64,000 bases of DNA from NCBI RefSeq assembly GCF_009914755.1, contig NC_060945.1; one strand, 5' to 3'. This document shows, piece after piece, positions 61,395 to 64,000 of this stretch; position 1 is the stretch's first letter; each line of letters opens with the position of its first letter. Origin of the DNA: the human T2T-CHM13v2.0 reference genome, Homo sapiens. Below the pieces are notes generated by a model. It had not been told where the DNA came from. It saw only the letters and a list, made by a program, of their open reading frames with translations, and made no database searches. The position numbers were made by a program, and so were the translations under genes.

Positions 61395-62168
61395 AAAAAA
61401 AACAACTCGTTTTTCTCTTGAGAGTCGGAACAGTATTGGTTTTCAATGTTTCAAACCTATGAACAAATACCCCCATGTGTAAAGTCCCATTTCACTCAAG
61501 AATCGTCTGTGTTGATCTCAAACACACATTTATGTTTCTTGGTTGGAAAAGAAGAAAAACACTAAACGAATTTTAGTGACCATTTCTTTAAACCTGAGAG
61601 GATGGGGAAGCTCAGCTTTCAGACTGTATCAGCAGGGGATGCGATTCCACACTCGGGTGTCATGTGATAGCATTCACAGAGCACAGGAAATACTTCCGCC
61701 CGCCCGTCAGCCGGGACAATGGGACTGAAGGTAGCTGGGGGAGAAGGAGGGGTATGAAGGAAATTTCAAGGAAGACAATGAAAAGTTGAGTAAAATCCTT
61801 CATTGTCAAAATGAGATCAAATTAGCAATGGTCTCAAAAGCTGTCCAAAGTGAGGGACCCTCCTTCCCCATCAGAGACTTTCTGTTTAAGGAAGTCCACA
61901 CCAGCAAGAGTTCCCTAAACAGTGTGTTTTAGGAGTACACCCCAAGAACACTCACTGAATTCCCTTTTCCCTAACCTTCTAGAAGCCTTGCCCCAGTTTT
62001 ATCCCTGTCCTTACTGTTTGCTTAACCCTGTGGGCCAAAGCTCCACTACAGCCATGGATGACTCACAAGCTCAAAATGCCTTCGTCCTAAGCTTCACTAG
62101 CCGCACGACTTTACAATTGTTCCCAACACACTCTGTGTGCTACTGCAGGCGTCTCTGGGAAATATTTA

Positions 62169-62682
<514 letters not shown>

Positions 62683-62719
62683 TCACACACTCTATATACA
62701 TACTATAGAATATTACTCA

Positions 62720-63045
<326 letters not shown>

Positions 63046-63049
63046 ACTA

Positions 63050-63428
63050 AACACCCACATGCTGTATATGCATGTGACAGAATATTACTCAGCCACAAAG
63101 AGGAATAGTTCTGGTCACCCTACAGTATGGATAAACCTTGAAGATGTGCTGGGTGAAGGAGGTTAGACACAAAGGACCACACATGACATGATTGTATTTA
63201 TATGAAATGCCCAGAATAGGCAAATCCAGAGAGACAGAAAGCAGATTGGTGGTTTCCAGGGGCTAGGAGGAGAGAGGAATGGGGTGCAACTGCTTAGTGG
63301 ATAGAGGGTTTCCTTTTGGGGTGATGAAAGGCTTTTGGAACTAGATAGAGGGAGCGGGTGTAGAAATGCCACTGAATTGTGCACTTTAAAATGGTTGGTT
63401 TTATGTTAAGTGAATTTCACTTCAATAA
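63050..63428 (+). mobile_element. L1MB-type 3' end
   Basis: gaatattactcagcc...agaataggcaaatcc...cactgaattgtgcactttaaaatgg...ttcaataaa. Confidence 0.85.
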
Positions 63429-63496
63429 ACCCACCCCCACACACACGCACACATGCATGCACACTTATTGCTTACATCCCCAAAAGAGGCCATGAT

Positions 63497-63577
63497 TTTT
63501 TTTTTTTTTTTTGAGACAGAGTCTCGCTCTGTCGCCCAGGCTGGAGTGCAGTGGCGCGATCTCGGCTCACTGCAAGC
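63497..63577 (-). mobile_element. Severely 5'-truncated AluY
   Basis: Poly-T plus ~65 nt ending ctgcaagc (AluY diagnostic); TSD aagaggccatgatttt at 63484-63499 and 63581-63596. Confidence 0.92.
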
Positions 63578-64000
63578 CCCAAGAGGCCATGATTTTAATC
63601 TTTGATTTCACCTGGATACCCCTGGCAAATTGTATTTATATTTTAAAAATAAAACTCCTTGGCTTTAGGGGTGTAGAGGGCCCAATTCCAGAACATTTGG
63701 ATCTCTCCTCTCCGGAGAAACACCATCAACTCAGGAATAGAGGCGTTGAGGGAAGAACACGCAATGGCCAGGACTTCCCCGCCGGCCCGTGTTCCTGATG
63801 CATGGCTGATTTCCCTTTAGCCGAATGCAACGATAACAACAGTGTCCTTGGGAAGCCACCCTCCACCCATTGCCTTCCACATCTGCAATAGGGGTTGAAT
63901 GACATGGAGTTTCTTGTTTCGGTGCTTGAAGAATGATATGGTATGTCAGATGTCACGGGACATTAAATAAAGCTGCTCAGAGATGGAAATTGTTACCGTA

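Noticed and set aside
61355-61402. Rho-independent terminator-like hairpin
   Set aside because: Eukaryotic context, and the hairpin is followed by A's rather than a U-tract on either strand

Overview
Human/primate genomic DNA, apparently intergenic or deep-intronic and roughly half interspersed repeat. It holds about 25 Alu/FLAM copies, MIR/L2 remnants, MaLR/ERVL LTRs (MLT1, MLT2, MST), DNA transposons (MER20, MER53, MER58, MER82, Tigger3a) and one full-length, inactive L1PA5-like LINE-1 (30708-36841, +) with a target-site duplication. I recognise no host protein-coding gene, structural RNA gene or CRISPR array, and I could not assign the locus. The ORF track is explained by repeats, low complexity and chance. 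Four things go beyond the repeats. (1) The L1 has a mutated YY1 site but keeps the antisense ORF0 start codon, whose frame stays open for 184 codons out of the element and points at a candidate minus-strand exon. (2) There are four short (140-200 bp) direct non-tandem local duplications, two of them interleaved. (3) Several candidate minus-strand exons could form a lncRNA. (4) There is a consensus CTCF site, a CpG-gaining patch, head-to-head Alus and several very recent micro-events. Repeat subfamily calls come from remembered consensus features, and boundaries of old repeats are approximate.
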